Shown here: in pieces, positions 20,177 through 29,360 of the stretch | How the letters are laid out: every line of letters begins with the position of its first letter | Numbering within the stretch: position 1 is the stretch's first letter | From: an uncultured bacterium | Lineage (GTDB): Bacteria > SAR324 > NAC60-12 | Length of the DNA: 64,000 bases | Assembly: GCA_965662235.1 (NCBI GenBank) | Contig: CBFIGY010000003.1 | Span: 194,297-258,296, forward strand | Direction: 5' to 3' | The notes under the pieces: generated by a model | Told to the model about the DNA's origin: nothing | Databases searched by the model: none | Seen by the model: the letters and a program-made list of their open reading frames with translations, nothing else | Position numbers and translations under genes: made by a program

Positions 20177-20449
20177 TCGACGTTGGGGTTCGGGTTGGTG
20201 AGCTGGCGTTAAGCCGGCAGGATCGTGATGGAAAGGGGAAAACTGAAACCGATGTTGATCGAAACGGAAACGCTGTGACAGTTGGCTAGGCGCCGTGATG
20301 GTTCGCTGTCAGGGGGTCAGGGGTGCCTTTAGGTAAAGCAGGGGTGTGCTTCTGTGGCAGGTTAATCCTAAACTTAAAATTCCACGACTGGGATCCTTTG
20401 TCAAGGAATTTAATGCGGGCTCCTGAATTCCAGGAACCCGCAAGGAGTC

Positions 20450-23143
20450 CTACTCAATCACGGGGTTGCCAAAGAAGGCGTTGCGGATCGATTTTCGGAT
20501 CAAATCGATCGGAACAATCAGGACCGCAAAGAGGAGGATGTAAACCCATTCGGTCAGGCTCAGTCCAACGGTTCGCAGCACCTCTCCTCCGAGGTAGGTG
20601 AAGGTCACCTGAAGCACAAAGATCAGGGCCACCACCTCCATGAAGTTCTTGTTGTCCCGGAGGTGCTCAAAGAGGTTGATGCCTTCCGTCCGAGCATTGA
20701 ACTTGTTGAAGTTGTTGACAAAGACGAAGAAGCCAAAGAACGCCGTCAGGTGCACCAGCTGAACCGTCTCTCCCTTCGCATTGGTCGTACAGCGCGAAAC
20801 GCCATCGACCTCACAGGGGAAGAGGTTGATGATCCAGTCCTGGGTCAGGAACAGCAGGCTCATTCCTGCCACGGCAATGCCGTTGACCAGGATCGCCGAC
20901 CACATGTCCCCGGTAATCAGGGCCGTGTTCTTGGGAATCGGTTTTTCCTTCATGTACCGCTGCAACGCCGCTTCTCCTGAGAACGCGAAGGCCGCCAGCG
21001 TGTCCATCACAATGTTGATCCAGAGCAGCTGGGTCATCGTCAGTGGAAGGTCGGTGCCGAAGAAAGGCCCCAGAAAGGCGACCAAAATCGCTGCCACGTT
21101 GACCGAAAGCTGGAACACTAGGAACTTCCGGATCGACTTCAGCAGGGTCCGTCCATAGAGGACCGCATTCGTCAAGGAGAGGAAGTTGTTGTCGAGGATG
21201 ACAATGTGTCCGGACTCCTTGGTGAGGTCGGTTCCTGACCCCATCGCAAAACCAACGTCGGCATTCTTGACTGCCGGCGCGTCATTGACGCCGTCTCCGG
21301 TCATGCCGACCACCCAGTTCATGTCCTTTGCCAGCTTGACGAGTCGGCTCTTGTCCGTCGGCAACGCGCGGGCGACCACCCGGAGTTTGGGCAGGATGCC
21401 CTTCACCTGGTCGTCAGACATCTCGCCAAGCTCCTTCGAGGTCATGACGATCTCGTCGGTGTTCCGAACAATGTCCACCTCTCGTGCAATCGCCTGAGCG
21501 GTTTCCTTCGAGTCACCTGTGATCATCACCACCTGAATGCCAGCGGCATGAGCGCTTTCCACAGCAGGGCGAGACTCCTTCCGCATTTCGTCCCGGAGTC
21601 CAAACAGGGCCACCAGCGTCAGCTCCGCCGGCAGTTCCGGGTCGCTGCTCAGAGGCTTCTCGGACACCGCAAGGCCAATCAGGCGCATGGCCCGTGCCGC
21701 CAAACCGCTCATTTCTCCCAGCAGCGCGTCATGGCTCGGGAGGGGCTGACGGTTTCCTTCCGCATCAATGTAATGCGTACAGCCCGCCAGGATCACCTCT
21801 CCAGCTCCCTTGACCAGCGTCAAGGCGCGCTCGCCTTCAACCTGAGAAGCCGAAAACTTATAAGCCGAGTTGAACGGAATGCTGGCCACTTGATGCACAT
21901 CGCTTTTTTCCGCAAGCTTCGTTCCGAGGAACTGCAGCATCGCCTTTTCTGTGGGATTTGCACCAACGATCTGCGGGTGCTCCGGATCGCTTGCGTCCAC
22001 AGAGGCGCTCGTGTTGTTCCGCAGAGCAAAAACGATTTCATGGCTCAGGGCGCCCGACACTTCCGACAGATCCTTGTAGTGCTTGGTGTCACCCGTGATG
22101 ATTTCGGCAACCTGCAGGCGTCCCTCTGTGAGGGTTCCTGTTTTGTCCGTAAAGAGGACTGTCAGGCTTCCGGAGGTTTCAATTCCCAACAGCTTCCGGA
22201 CCAAGACATTTGCCCGTAGCAGCTTCCGCATGTTCAGAGCCAGCACCACGGCAATCATCATCGGTAGCCCCTCCGGAACCGCGACCACGATGATGATGAT
22301 GGCCAACACGACCGCCGTCACAATGTGGTGAATGATGTCCCCCGTGGCATAATTGGCGAGGTAGTCGCTCCAGCCGTTGGCTTCAATGAAGATGTGGTTG
22401 AACATGAAGGAAAGGGCAATGAAGGTTGCCCCGAAGTAGCCAAACCGGCTGATGTTGTGTCCCAGGTCCGAGAGCTTCTCCTGCAGCGGAGACATCCGGG
22501 TTTCTGCCTGGGCAATGTCCTTCACGCTGGCGCCATACTTGGTCTGCTCCCCCACGGCTTGCACCAGCATCACGCCTTCGCCGTCATCAATGAGAGCCGC
22601 ACGACCGAGGCCATTTTTTTCTTCGTCAAAGACGCCATCCACCATCGGGGCCTTCTTCAGCGGCTCCGACTCGCCGGTCAAGGCCGACTCGTTGACCTCA
22701 AGGCGTCCGGCAATGAGCGCTCCATCGGCAGGAATCGTGTCCCCGGGCTGCAGGAGGATGTGATCGCCCACCACTACTTCATCAATGAGGATCTCCTCGA
22801 GGATTCCCCCTCGGAAGATCTTGACGCGGACCTTGGAGGCTTCCTCCATCAGGCGCTGGAATTCGTTTTCGTTGCTGTACTCGGACCAGGTGGCCACCAA
22901 GGTCGCCAACACCACCGCCACCGCGATTCCCAAGCCCTCGTACCAGGGCGCAAAGCCCAAGGCCGCCAGCAGCAGGGTTACGCCCAAGGCGACAATCAAG
23001 ATGATGATGATGGGGTCTTTGAGGTTTTCAAGGAGCTTGTCCCAGAAGGTCTCAACCTGCCCCTGCGTCAACACGTTTGAACCGTGTCGACTTCTTGATT
23101 CATGCACCTCGTTGGCGCTTAGACCAGGGTACTCAAATTTCAT
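20450..23143 (-). CDS. Calcium-translocating P-type ATPase (P2B/PMCA-like)
   Basis: ESALTGES, VAVPEGLP, DKTGTLT, KGAGE, MITGD, GDGVNDAP, TM6 LWINIVMDT. Confidence 0.92.
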   Translation of the reverse strand: MKFEYPGLSANEVHESRSRHGSNVLTQGQVETFWDKLLENLKDPIIIILIVALGVTLLLAALGFAPWYEGLGIAVAVVLATLVATWSEYSNENEFQRLMEEASKVRVKIFRGGILEEILIDEVVVGDHILLQPGDTIPADGALIAGRLEVNESALTGESEPLKKAPMVDGVFDEEKNGLGRAALIDDGEGVMLVQAVGEQTKYGASVKDIAQAETRMSPLQEKLSDLGHNISRFGYFGATFIALSFMFNHIFIEANGWSDYLANYATGDIIHHIVTAVVLAIIIIVVAVPEGLPMMIAVVLALNMRKLLRANVLVRKLLGIETSGSLTVLFTDKTGTLTEGRLQVAEIITGDTKHYKDLSEVSGALSHEIVFALRNNTSASVDASDPEHPQIVGANPTEKAMLQFLGTKLAEKSDVHQVASIPFNSAYKFSASQVEGERALTLVKGAGEVILAGCTHYIDAEGNRQPLPSHDALLGEMSGLAARAMRLIGLAVSEKPLSSDPELPAELTLVALFGLRDEMRKESRPAVESAHAAGIQVVMITGDSKETAQAIAREVDIVRNTDEIVMTSKELGEMSDDQVKGILPKLRVVARALPTDKSRLVKLAKDMNWVVGMTGDGVNDAPAVKNADVGFAMGSGTDLTKESGHIVILDNNFLSLTNAVLYGRTLLKSIRKFLVFQLSVNVAAILVAFLGPFFGTDLPLTMTQLLWINIVMDTLAAFAFSGEAALQRYMKEKPIPKNTALITGDMWSAILVNGIAVAGMSLLFLTQDWIINLFPCEVDGVSRCTTNAKGETVQLVHLTAFFGFFVFVNNFNKFNARTEGINLFEHLRDNKNFMEVVALIFVLQVTFTYLGGEVLRTVGLSLTEWVYILLFAVLIVPIDLIRKSIRNAFFGNPVIE

Positions 23144-23217
23144 TGTTGACTCCTTGTATCACAGTCCGATAGTTTTCGGAAATGGTCTCCATTCCCAAAC
23201 GAACTCACTTTCCTGAA

Positions 23218-23625
23218 ATGCGAAACGTTATTCTTAGCAAAACCACGGGCTTTCGCAAGCATTCTCGGAAAATTGGCGGTTTTACCCTCATTGAGGTCCT
23301 TCTGAGCACCACGCTCTTCGGGGTCGCCGCCTTGTCCGCAATGCAAAGCATCGACCAACTCCACGGACAAAAGGCAAAGGCGGAACAAGCGCGACAGTTC
23401 GCCCAAGCCATCCCAAAGTGGCAGCAGGAAATTCGCACACTTTTGGCTCACTCGGAGGAAACTTCCGGAAAAAAAGACCTGTCTTGGTCCACCACCACAG
23501 CGGTCCTGGAGTGGACACTTCTTGAGCACCCGGGGCCCCTCCGCCTCTTGAAGGTGCACCTTGTGACAACTGCTCCTCAGGCCGCGGAGTACCAATGGGT
23601 CACCGCGTTGCCTCCGCAGCCATGA
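23218..23625 (+). CDS. Prepilin-type protein (PilV/GspI-like minor pilin)
   Basis: Basic leader, then class III cleavage site G|FTLIE and a hydrophobic helix. Start uncertain (23182 or 23218). Confidence 0.75.
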   Translation: MRNVILSKTTGFRKHSRKIGGFTLIEVLLSTTLFGVAALSAMQSIDQLHGQKAKAEQARQFAQAIPKWQQEIRTLLAHSEETSGKKDLSWSTTTAVLEWTLLEHPGPLRLLKVHLVTTAPQAAEYQWVTALPPQP

Positions 23626-24131
23626 CGCCCTCACGCCACTCAGGGATGACCCTGCTGGAGTTGATGATCGCCCTCACGGCAGGCCTGATCGTCCTGGGAG
23701 CCCTGCTGCCCGCGTGGCAGGAACTGAACCGCCTGATCCTGAAAGACGCGGGACGCGAGGAAGTCGCCGCAGACCGGGCCCGGGCGCTGACGATGCTGCG
23801 GCTCGAGGTCTTTCAAGCCGGCTACGGCCTTCACGCCTCGGGAATCCCAGCGCTGGAGGTTACGCCCGATCAGCTCCAGCTCCGGGCTGACCTGAACCAC
23901 GATGGCGACCTCACTGATCCGCGCGAGTGGCTCCAGTACCGTTTTGACGCGTCCACACACCGTCTGCTGCGTAGCTCCGGAGGCTCTTCTTTTCAGACGC
24001 GGCTTACCCCAGTTGAGGCTCTTGAGTTTCAAGCAACCTCTGAAGCCTGCTTTCAGGTATCCGTCCAGTGGGAACCCGAAGACGCAGTGGAGGTGAGCAC
24101 CTTTTGCCTCAACACCTTCCAAACACGGTGA
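23622..24131 (+). CDS. Prepilin-type protein (PilW/GspJ-like minor pilin)
   Basis: G|MTLLELMIAL, ..EVFQAGY, ADLNHDGD, C-terminal Cys pair; ATGA-coupled to the previous gene. Confidence 0.8.
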   Translation: MTPSRHSGMTLLELMIALTAGLIVLGALLPAWQELNRLILKDAGREEVAADRARALTMLRLEVFQAGYGLHASGIPALEVTPDQLQLRADLNHDGDLTDPREWLQYRFDASTHRLLRSSGGSSFQTRLTPVEALEFQATSEACFQVSVQWEPEDAVEVSTFCLNTFQTR

Positions 24132-24144
24132 CTCACGAACAGGT

Positions 24145-24621
24145 TCAGAACGCGTCCAGCTGCCGGAGGGCATCATAGACGACAATGGCCGTCGAAGAAC
24201 TCAGGTTCAGGCTCCGGACATTCCGCTCCCACATGGGAATGGTGAACCCTCGCTCCGGATGCTCGGCCAACCAAGCTTTGGGGAGCCCCGTGGTTTCCTT
24301 CCCCATGAAGAGGTAGTCCCCCGGCTGAGGCTCCATCTGCGTGTACGGCTTTTCAGCGTGTGCCGAAATCAGGTGAGTCCGCTCCGGAGGCAACCCTCGG
24401 AAAAACCCCTCTGCGTCAGGAAGGTGCTCCCAGCTCACCCACTGCCAGTAGTCCAGCCCCGCACGCTTGAGCTGCGAATCACTGAGGTCAAACCCAAGCT
24501 GTCCCAGCAGAATCAGGTGGCAGCGGACCGCTGCACAGAGGCGGGCGATGTTCCCGGTGTTCGGTGGGATTTGAGGCTCGTAGAGCACCACGTTGAGCGG
24601 CGGCTCGGCAAACAGCCTCAT
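24145..24621 (-). CDS. trmL: tRNA (cytidine34-2'-O)-methyltransferase
   Basis: PQIPPNTGNIARLC, KRAGLDYW, GKETTGLP, RSLNLS. Confidence 0.95.
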   Translation of the reverse strand: MRLFAEPPLNVVLYEPQIPPNTGNIARLCAAVRCHLILLGQLGFDLSDSQLKRAGLDYWQWVSWEHLPDAEGFFRGLPPERTHLISAHAEKPYTQMEPQPGDYLFMGKETTGLPKAWLAEHPERGFTIPMWERNVRSLNLSSSTAIVVYDALRQLDAF

Positions 24622-25673
24622 GCGGTCTCCAGCGCCAGATCCACCAAGCGGCTCAGCAACTCGGAATAAGAAACGCCTGATTCAATCCACAGGCGTGGGT
24701 ACATGCTGATGTTGGTGAAGCCCGGGAGGGTGTTGAGTTCATTGAGAATGAAGCTGCCATCCTCGCGCAGGAAGAAATCGACTCGGGCCATGCCCCGGCA
24801 CTCGGTCACCATAAACGCCTGCACGGCCGCGTCCCGGAGACGCTGCTGAACCTCAGGCTCCAAGGGTGCCGGAACAATCAGCTCCGCCCCATTTTCGTCG
24901 ACATACTTGGCTTCATACGAATAAAACTCATGCCGGGAACGGATTTCCCCCAGCACCGGCGCCGCCTGCGGATCCGCATTTCCCAGCACCGAGCACTCAA
25001 TCTCACGCCCCACCACGGCTTCCTCAACCAGCACCTTCTGGTCCAACGCAAACGCCTGACGCAGCGCCTCGTCATAGCCTGCGGCATCCCGGACCTTGGA
25101 GACGCCCAGAGAGGACCCTTCTCGGGCAGGCTTGACGAACAACGTCGGCCCCAGCTCTGCCGCTGCGTCTTCGTAGCTCCAGGCCTCTCGAAACCGGAGG
25201 GTCCGCGAACGCGCCACCGGAACCCCAACGGAGCTGAGCAAACGCTTGGTCAGGTCCTTGTCCATTCCGACTGCTGAGCCTGCAATGGGACACCCCACGT
25301 AAGGCTTCCCCAGCAACTCCAGCAGCCCCTGCAACGCCCCGTCTTCCCCGTAGCGCCCATGCGTGATGGGAAAGAAAACGTCCACCTCCCCCAACGCCTG
25401 GTGCAGGGAGCGCGGCAACAGGTCCGCACTCTGTCCCTGAACCTGCTGAGTGCCAGCTGCCAGATGCGCCTTCCGGACGTCTTGAGCGTCTTCAATGAGC
25501 GCCTCATCGTCGCCCCAACACCAGTTGCCCTGCTTGTCAATTCCGAGCAGACGCGCACGGAACCGGCTCCGGTCCAGCGCACGAAAGATGTTGAAGGCAG
25601 AGAGCAGCGACACTTCGTGTTCACCACTGACTCCTCCGCAGATGATCCCAACGGTGAGTTTTGAGGAAGGCAT
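24618..25673 (-). CDS. ddl: D-alanine--D-alanine ligase
   Basis: GGVSGEHEVS, HGRYGEDG, FVKPAREGSS, GREIECSVLG, FYSYEAKY, NELNTLPGFT..SMYP. Confidence 0.96.
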   Translation of the reverse strand: MPSSKLTVGIICGGVSGEHEVSLLSAFNIFRALDRSRFRARLLGIDKQGNWCWGDDEALIEDAQDVRKAHLAAGTQQVQGQSADLLPRSLHQALGEVDVFFPITHGRYGEDGALQGLLELLGKPYVGCPIAGSAVGMDKDLTKRLLSSVGVPVARSRTLRFREAWSYEDAAAELGPTLFVKPAREGSSLGVSKVRDAAGYDEALRQAFALDQKVLVEEAVVGREIECSVLGNADPQAAPVLGEIRSRHEFYSYEAKYVDENGAELIVPAPLEPEVQQRLRDAAVQAFMVTECRGMARVDFFLREDGSFILNELNTLPGFTNISMYPRLWIESGVSYSELLSRLVDLALETA

Positions 25674-25809
25674 GAATGAATGAACCAAGAGGGTGAGTCC
25701 GATGAAGGCGAAGATCATTCATCCGGACGGAGGAGCAAAGGGGCTACTCTATCAACCTTCTGAAACAGAGGCAATCCGGCACCCTCGCTTCGAACCCTCT
25801 TTGCTCTGT

Positions 25810-25862
25810 TTGATATAATCAACTTTTTCCATTATAAAGGAAATAATGTTTGATAAATTAAA
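25810..25862. promoter_or_regulatory. Tandem T-N11-A dyad boxes (LysR-type candidate) upstream of the rhodanese-YeeE operon
   Basis: TTGAT-ATA-ATCAA (perfect 5-bp arms) at 25810-25822 and degenerate TTGAT-AAA-TTAAA at 25850-25862, 40 bp apart, in an AT-rich intergenic stretch. Confidence 0.45.
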
Positions 25863-25936
25863 TTAAATCCACTATAACATCCAAAGATCACCTGCTCTCT
25901 GAGCCGATTTTTCCTCCTTTCCTTTGAGATGGACTG

Positions 25937-26914
25937 ATGAAACGACTGACTCTCTTCATGGGGCTGCTCCTCTTCTTGGCCCCGCTGGGGAACGCCACCC
26001 TCATTTCCAGCTGGAAGCCCCTGCTGACACCTACGGAACTGCACTCGCTCCTGCAGGCGCACCCTGGGTTCATCACACTGGTGGACATCCGAGCGCTGGA
26101 CGCCTCCACTCCGGATGCGTCCTACAACGCGGGGCACCTTCCTTTCGCCGTGTCCTCGCCTTATGCCACCTGGCGCGGTCAACCCGACAATCCGGGTCAG
26201 CTGGTTTCACAGGAAAAGCTCACCTGGCTGGTGCAAGCCCTCGGGGTGGAAGCCGAAACGCCTGTTGTTGTCATTCACCAGGGGCACACCTCCAGCGACT
26301 TTGGTGCCGCCGCCCGCGTGTACTGGAACCTCAAGTCGGCCGGGCTTCAGCAGCTCGCCCTCCTCAACGGAGGTTTTCTCGCCTGGAAGGCCGCCGGCTT
26401 GCCCATCAGTCAAGAAGCACACACTCCCCTTCCCAGCGACTACCCAGCGCAGTTCCAGCCTCAGTGGCGAGCCACTACCGCCGAGGTTGAGCAGTTGCTG
26501 CAGCAAGAAACCGTTCAGCTGCTGGACGCCCGTCCGGTTGCCTTCTTTGAAGGACACAGCTGGCACACTGCAGCAGCCCGTCCCGGCACCATTGCAGGGG
26601 CAGAGGATTTCGACAACCAGCTCTGGTTCCAAGAGGGCGGACCCCAGCTGGCTTCTCGTGACACCATTGCCGCGCTGATCCGCGAGCATCAGTTGGGACA
26701 GGTGGCCACCACCGTTTCCTTCTGCAACACCGGACACTGGGCCGCAACCAACTGGTTTGTCCTCAGTGAGTTGGGGAACGTGCCGGGCGTCAAGCTTTAT
26801 CCGGAGTCGCTGGTGGAATGGTCGGCGCGTGGGCTTCCCATGACCAATGTTCCCGGACGGTTGGAATGGGCATGGCGCTCCACCCAACAGTGGCTCACCA
26901 AGCAGCTCAACTGA
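25937..26914 (+). CDS. Exported tandem-domain sulfurtransferase (rhodanese)
   Basis: Signal peptide, YNAGHLPFA, AARVYW, LLNGG...W, LLDARP, GTIAGA, active-site loop FCNTGHWAA, LYPESLVEW. Confidence 0.92.
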   Translation: MKRLTLFMGLLLFLAPLGNATLISSWKPLLTPTELHSLLQAHPGFITLVDIRALDASTPDASYNAGHLPFAVSSPYATWRGQPDNPGQLVSQEKLTWLVQALGVEAETPVVVIHQGHTSSDFGAAARVYWNLKSAGLQQLALLNGGFLAWKAAGLPISQEAHTPLPSDYPAQFQPQWRATTAEVEQLLQQETVQLLDARPVAFFEGHSWHTAAARPGTIAGAEDFDNQLWFQEGGPQLASRDTIAALIREHQLGQVATTVSFCNTGHWAATNWFVLSELGNVPGVKLYPESLVEWSARGLPMTNVPGRLEWAWRSTQQWLTKQLN

Positions 26915-26925
26915 CCGGAGGACGC

Positions 26926-28062
26926 ATGACGCTTTCACTCGCTGCTCCTGCCCCTCAGGAAGGCCTCCGGGTGGGAAAGTACCTGACGCTCGGACTCATC
27001 GCCCTGTTGCTGGCGCTCAGTCTGGCTGTCTATGCCGGCCTCCGGCAGGGACTGCTGCTGCTGATCGGGCTGGGCTTTGGAGCCACGCTGGAGGGACTCC
27101 GGTTTGGGTTTGCTGGGCCCTGGAGGCAGGTGATCCTGCAGGGAGACACACGGGGGTTGCGGGCGCAGCTTCTCGCCATTGCCCTTACCGCCCTAATCAG
27201 CCTCCCCTTGCTGGCGCAGGCTCCAGAGGAGCTGATCGGCGCCGCAGGTCCAATCGGCGTTTCCATGATTCTGGGAGCCTTCCTCTTTGGAGGCGCCATG
27301 CAGGTGGTGCTCGGCTGTGGTTCCGGAACCCTTGTCAACGCTGGTAGCGGCAACCTGATGGGGCTGTGGGCCCTGCCGTTCTTCATTGCTGGAAGCTTTC
27401 TCGGCACCCTGCACCTTCCGAAGTGGGAACAACTGGGGACCCATGCACCCGTGGTTCTGAGCCAGGCTTTTGGTCCGGTCGCTGCGACGCTGTGCACCGT
27501 CGCCGTGCTGCTGTTGCTGATTGGAATCTGCTGGTACCGCGCGGCACCGCACGAACGGGCTTTGCCTCCGCGACTTTGGTGGGCCGCCGGGTTGCTTGCG
27601 GTTTTTGCTGGACTGAACCTGCTGGTTGCGGGTCAACCGTGGGGAGTGGTTTATGGCCTCGGGCTGTGGGGCGCCAAGGTCGTCACCTGGGCCGGAGGTG
27701 ACCTGAGCACCTTCGCCTTTTGGGGGGCTTCCGGAAATGCGGAACGCCTCACCAGCAGCCTCTTGCTGGACGTCACCTCTGTCACCAACCTAGGGCTGCT
27801 GCTGGGGGCTGCTCTTGCGGCATACGGAAAGGGAACGTGGTCGGCGCCTGTCACGATGCTGCCTCGCTTCTGGTGGATCGGAGCGGGTGCCGCAGGCCTC
27901 ATGGGCTACGCGTCTCGCCTTGCCTACGGCTGCAACGTCGGCGCCTTCTTCAGTGGCATCGCTTCCGGAAGCCTTCACGGCTGGGTCTGGCTGATTGCGG
28001 CGTTTGCCGGATCGTGGGTAGGGGTTCGTGTGCGGACTCGGCTTCTGGAGACACCGTCATGA
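26926..28062 (+). CDS. YeeE/YedE family sulfur-compound (thiosulfate) transporter
   Basis: Polytopic; FGFAGPWR, GAMQVVLGCGSGTL, GYASRLAYGCNVGAFFSGIASGSLHGW; GGAGG RBS. Confidence 0.92.
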   Translation: MTLSLAAPAPQEGLRVGKYLTLGLIALLLALSLAVYAGLRQGLLLLIGLGFGATLEGLRFGFAGPWRQVILQGDTRGLRAQLLAIALTALISLPLLAQAPEELIGAAGPIGVSMILGAFLFGGAMQVVLGCGSGTLVNAGSGNLMGLWALPFFIAGSFLGTLHLPKWEQLGTHAPVVLSQAFGPVAATLCTVAVLLLLIGICWYRAAPHERALPPRLWWAAGLLAVFAGLNLLVAGQPWGVVYGLGLWGAKVVTWAGGDLSTFAFWGASGNAERLTSSLLLDVTSVTNLGLLLGAALAAYGKGTWSAPVTMLPRFWWIGAGAAGLMGYASRLAYGCNVGAFFSGIASGSLHGWVWLIAAFAGSWVGVRVRTRLLETPS

Positions 28063-28232
28063 GACTTCGCCGAGCCCATGGAGTGGGGGTGCTGCTGCTG
28101 GCACTGGGGCTGCTCATTGGCCTCGACCTGATCCGGAGCGCGCCGGTGGATCCCTTTCAGGCTCCTCCTCCGTTGGCTTGGGGTTCCGGCGAAAAGGCCT
28201 CCGGGGGCTTCTGCGCGGTTCCGACTCCGTAA
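28059..28232 (+). CDS. Small membrane-anchored protein (57 aa) with C-terminal GGFC motif
   Basis: ATGA overlap with the yeeE stop; MRLRRAHGVGVLLLALGLLIGLDLIRSAPVDPFQAPPPLAWGSGEKASGGFCAVPTP; ends 1 bp before the convergent gene. Confidence 0.7.
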   Translation: MRLRRAHGVGVLLLALGLLIGLDLIRSAPVDPFQAPPPLAWGSGEKASGGFCAVPTP

Positions 28233-28233
28233 C

Positions 28234-29115
28234 TCAATTTACCGAGATCGCGGCGGCAACCGCCTTGCGGTTTTCCCGGTACCAGACGAACACCCCTGCG
28301 ACCACAATGACCAAGGCTCCTAGGTACGTGGGACCGTCCGGAACCTCCTCAAAGAACCACCAGCCCCAGACGCTGTTAAACATCAGCCCAAAGTAGGAGA
28401 ACGGCGCAATCACAGAGGCCTGGGTGTAGCGCAGGGCAAAGATGAGAACCAGGTGCCCGATGCCTCCGATCACACCAAACGTTGCCAGCACCGGCAGATC
28501 CGGCGTTTCGATGGGGGTCCAGTGAAAGGGGGCCATGAACGAAGCAAACACGGTTCCGATCAGAGATGTGTAGAGGAAGCTCGTCCAAGCAGGCTCTTCC
28601 GAGCCTAGGAACCGTGTGGCAATGGAGTATCCGGCAAAGCAACAGGCGGCTAAAATCGGCAGCAACGCGTATGGGGTGAACACCTCGCTGCCCGGACGAA
28701 TGATGATCAACGCCCCCAGCAGTCCAGCCGTGACCCCGAACCAGCGCGATCGCCCCACCTGCTCCCGGAGGAGAAAGAAGGAAAAAATGGTGATCACCAG
28801 CGGAGCCACCTCAAAAATGGCAGTCATCTCTGCCAGCTTCAGGTACCGGAAGCCACTGAAGAAGAGCAACGTTGCGCCAAACAGCAGCGCCGACCGTAGC
28901 AGCTGCAGCTTGAAGTACTGGGTCCGCAGCAGTCGTTTGAGAAAGGGGGAGAGGAGCAAAAACGACCAAAACGTCTGACTGGAGTAACGTGCCCACACCA
29001 CCTGCACCGGATCGTAACGCTCCGAAAGCGCCTTCGCAGTGGCATCCATGCAGCTAAAGGAAAAGACGGCCAGGATCATCAGCAAAATGCCCTTGGCCAC
29101 CGGATGAATGGCCAT
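28234..29115 (-). CDS. DMT/EamA family transporter
   Basis: About 10 TM helices, QVVWARY, FLLREQVG..RW, IIIRPG, APFSY. Start approximate. Confidence 0.9.
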   Translation of the reverse strand: MAIHPVAKGILLMILAVFSFSCMDATAKALSERYDPVQVVWARYSSQTFWSFLLLSPFLKRLLRTQYFKLQLLRSALLFGATLLFFSGFRYLKLAEMTAIFEVAPLVITIFSFFLLREQVGRSRWFGVTAGLLGALIIIRPGSEVFTPYALLPILAACCFAGYSIATRFLGSEEPAWTSFLYTSLIGTVFASFMAPFHWTPIETPDLPVLATFGVIGGIGHLVLIFALRYTQASVIAPFSYFGLMFNSVWGWWFFEEVPDGPTYLGALVIVVAGVFVWYRENRKAVAAAISVN

Positions 29116-29360
29116 CCACTGAGAAGTGAGCGTTGTCAAACAGAGACTCCGGAGCAAGCGTTGGTGGAAGCGAATCAGGGGCAAGCAGCGTTATCAATAC
29201 ACAGTTGCCCGGGAAGTTGCAACGAAACTCGGTCGGACAGAAGTTTCTTGACGCCGCATCAGCGTGCCAGTAGGCTTGTCGCTTCCTTCTTGTTCGCCGC
29301 GGCTCCCGGGGTTTCTGTGGGGATGCCTCGTATCCGCCTCTTCTCCAGTTTGAGGATCAC

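Noticed and set aside
25810..25822. FNR box
   Set aside because: Spacer between TTGAT and ATCAA is 3 nt, not the required 4.
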